Positions 32,225 to 32,801 of a stretch of DNA of 32,801 nucleotides are shown piece by piece; position 1 is the stretch's first letter; every line of letters starts with the position of its first letter. The stretch spans positions 1 through 32,801 of the forward strand of contig CANMZY010000001.1 in NCBI GenBank assembly GCA_947502425.1. The letters run 5' to 3'. The translations under genes were made by a program, and so were the position numbers. The stretch is from Verrucomicrobiales bacterium (GTDB lineage: Bacteria > Verrucomicrobiota > Verrucomicrobiia > Limisphaerales > SIBH01). The notes under the pieces were generated by a model. The model saw nothing but the letters and a program-made list of their open reading frames with translations. It was not told the origin of the DNA and did no database searches.

Positions 32225-32801
32225 GCCGAAACCCCCGCCTCCTTTCGGCGCATCAGATAAAGCACCCGCTCGGAATCCTGCACCGTCTGCGAACGCTCGA
32301 TGACGAAGCTCTTCGCAAACTCGCGTTCAAAATTTTCGCGGCTGTAATCCATAAAAATGTCCTCGCGCACTCGCAGCAATTTTTGCGCGTTCGGATCGTT
32401 CTTCGGCACGAACTCGATGATCAGCCAGCGGCCCAGCCCGCGGAAAAAATCCGCCAGCCGGTCCAGCGGCAGGTTGTGACCGATGGCCAGATGGTGAACC
32501 ACCGCTAGCGCCAGGACAAGATCGGGCTGACCGCGCTCCATCCAGGACATCCGCTCGGCCTGCGCCCAGCCGAGCGCCGGAGAAGGGTTGGTCAGGTCGA
32601 GCAGCAGCGGCAGAAGATTCTTTTCACCCTTTTTCCGGCCTTTGAGGTAGTTGATCTCCACACAATCCGGATCGACGTCGAACGACAGCGTCGGCACGCC
32701 CTGCGCGGCGGCCAGACGGCTGAACGCGCCGGTGTTCGATCCCAGATCCCAGACCGACGCCGGACGCGCCGCGCGCAAGTATTCCGCCACCCATTTCTTC
32801 T
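32221..32801 (-). CDS. class I SAM-dependent methyltransferase (NoeA-like small family), 5' end outside the window
   Basis: WDLGSNTGAFS (motif I), LALAVVHHL, LIIEFVPKNDP. The frame stays open to the window end (..KKW before the listed GTG). The stop overlaps the ATG of the downstream sulfatase-like gene (ATGA at 32221-32224). Confidence 0.85.
   Translation of the reverse strand, partial: KKWVAEYLRAARPASVWDLGSNTGAFSRLAAAQGVPTLSFDVDPDCVEINYLKGRKKGEKNLLPLLLDLTNPSPALGWAQAERMSWMERGQPDLVLALAVVHHLAIGHNLPLDRLADFFRGLGRWLIIEFVPKNDPNAQKLLRVREDIFMDYSRENFEREFAKSFVIERSQTVQDSERVLYLMRRKEAGVSA

Overview
High-GC chromosomal segment with gene content typical of the PVC superphylum, most likely Verrucomicrobiota (Planctomycetota not excluded). 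By eye I found no rRNA, tRNA or CRISPR array. Layout: (i) 1-13.3 kb is a block of exported proteins of unknown role. It holds a HEAT/cupredoxin protein, a DUF1592 + DUF1552 (HXXSHH) pair, two secreted hypotheticals, a cytochrome-c-domain/WD40 protein and a DUF1549/DUF1553 + DUF1501 pair. (ii) 13.6-20.5 kb holds a PIG-L/LmbE deacetylase, a small membrane protein in a lower-GC patch and a very large secreted subtilisin-like (S8) protease. (iii) 20.7-26 kb is housekeeping on the minus strand: a ROK kinase-like gene, then folK-dapB-dapA and dapF. (iv) 26.8-28.8 kb is squalene-hopene cyclase. (v) 28.8-32.8 kb is a visibly lower-GC, decaying region with three paralogous membrane-anchored sulfatase-like genes (only one intact), an IS630-like transposase N-terminal remnant and a partial SAM methyltransferase. 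Several things are not visible in the ATG-ORF track. A RelE/ParE-type toxin is killed by an in-frame TAG next to an intact antitoxin. A frameshifted small conserved gene and its small partner are wedged between dapF and dapA. Two further sulfatase-like genes are frameshifted or truncated. Non-coding architecture is dense: four 4-unit TTCNNNN heptad arrays, one covering the folK start codon region. There are also several families of intergenic inverted-repeat or palindromic elements, one with compensatory stem changes. A conserved ATG-initiated element lies upstream of, and in frame with, consecutive exported-protein genes. I cannot point to a clearly novel multi-gene system such as a defence island. 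The most unexplained items are the small two-gene cassette in the dap operon, the upstream ATG element and the repeat families. Many long antisense ORFs in the track are high-GC shadow ORFs.
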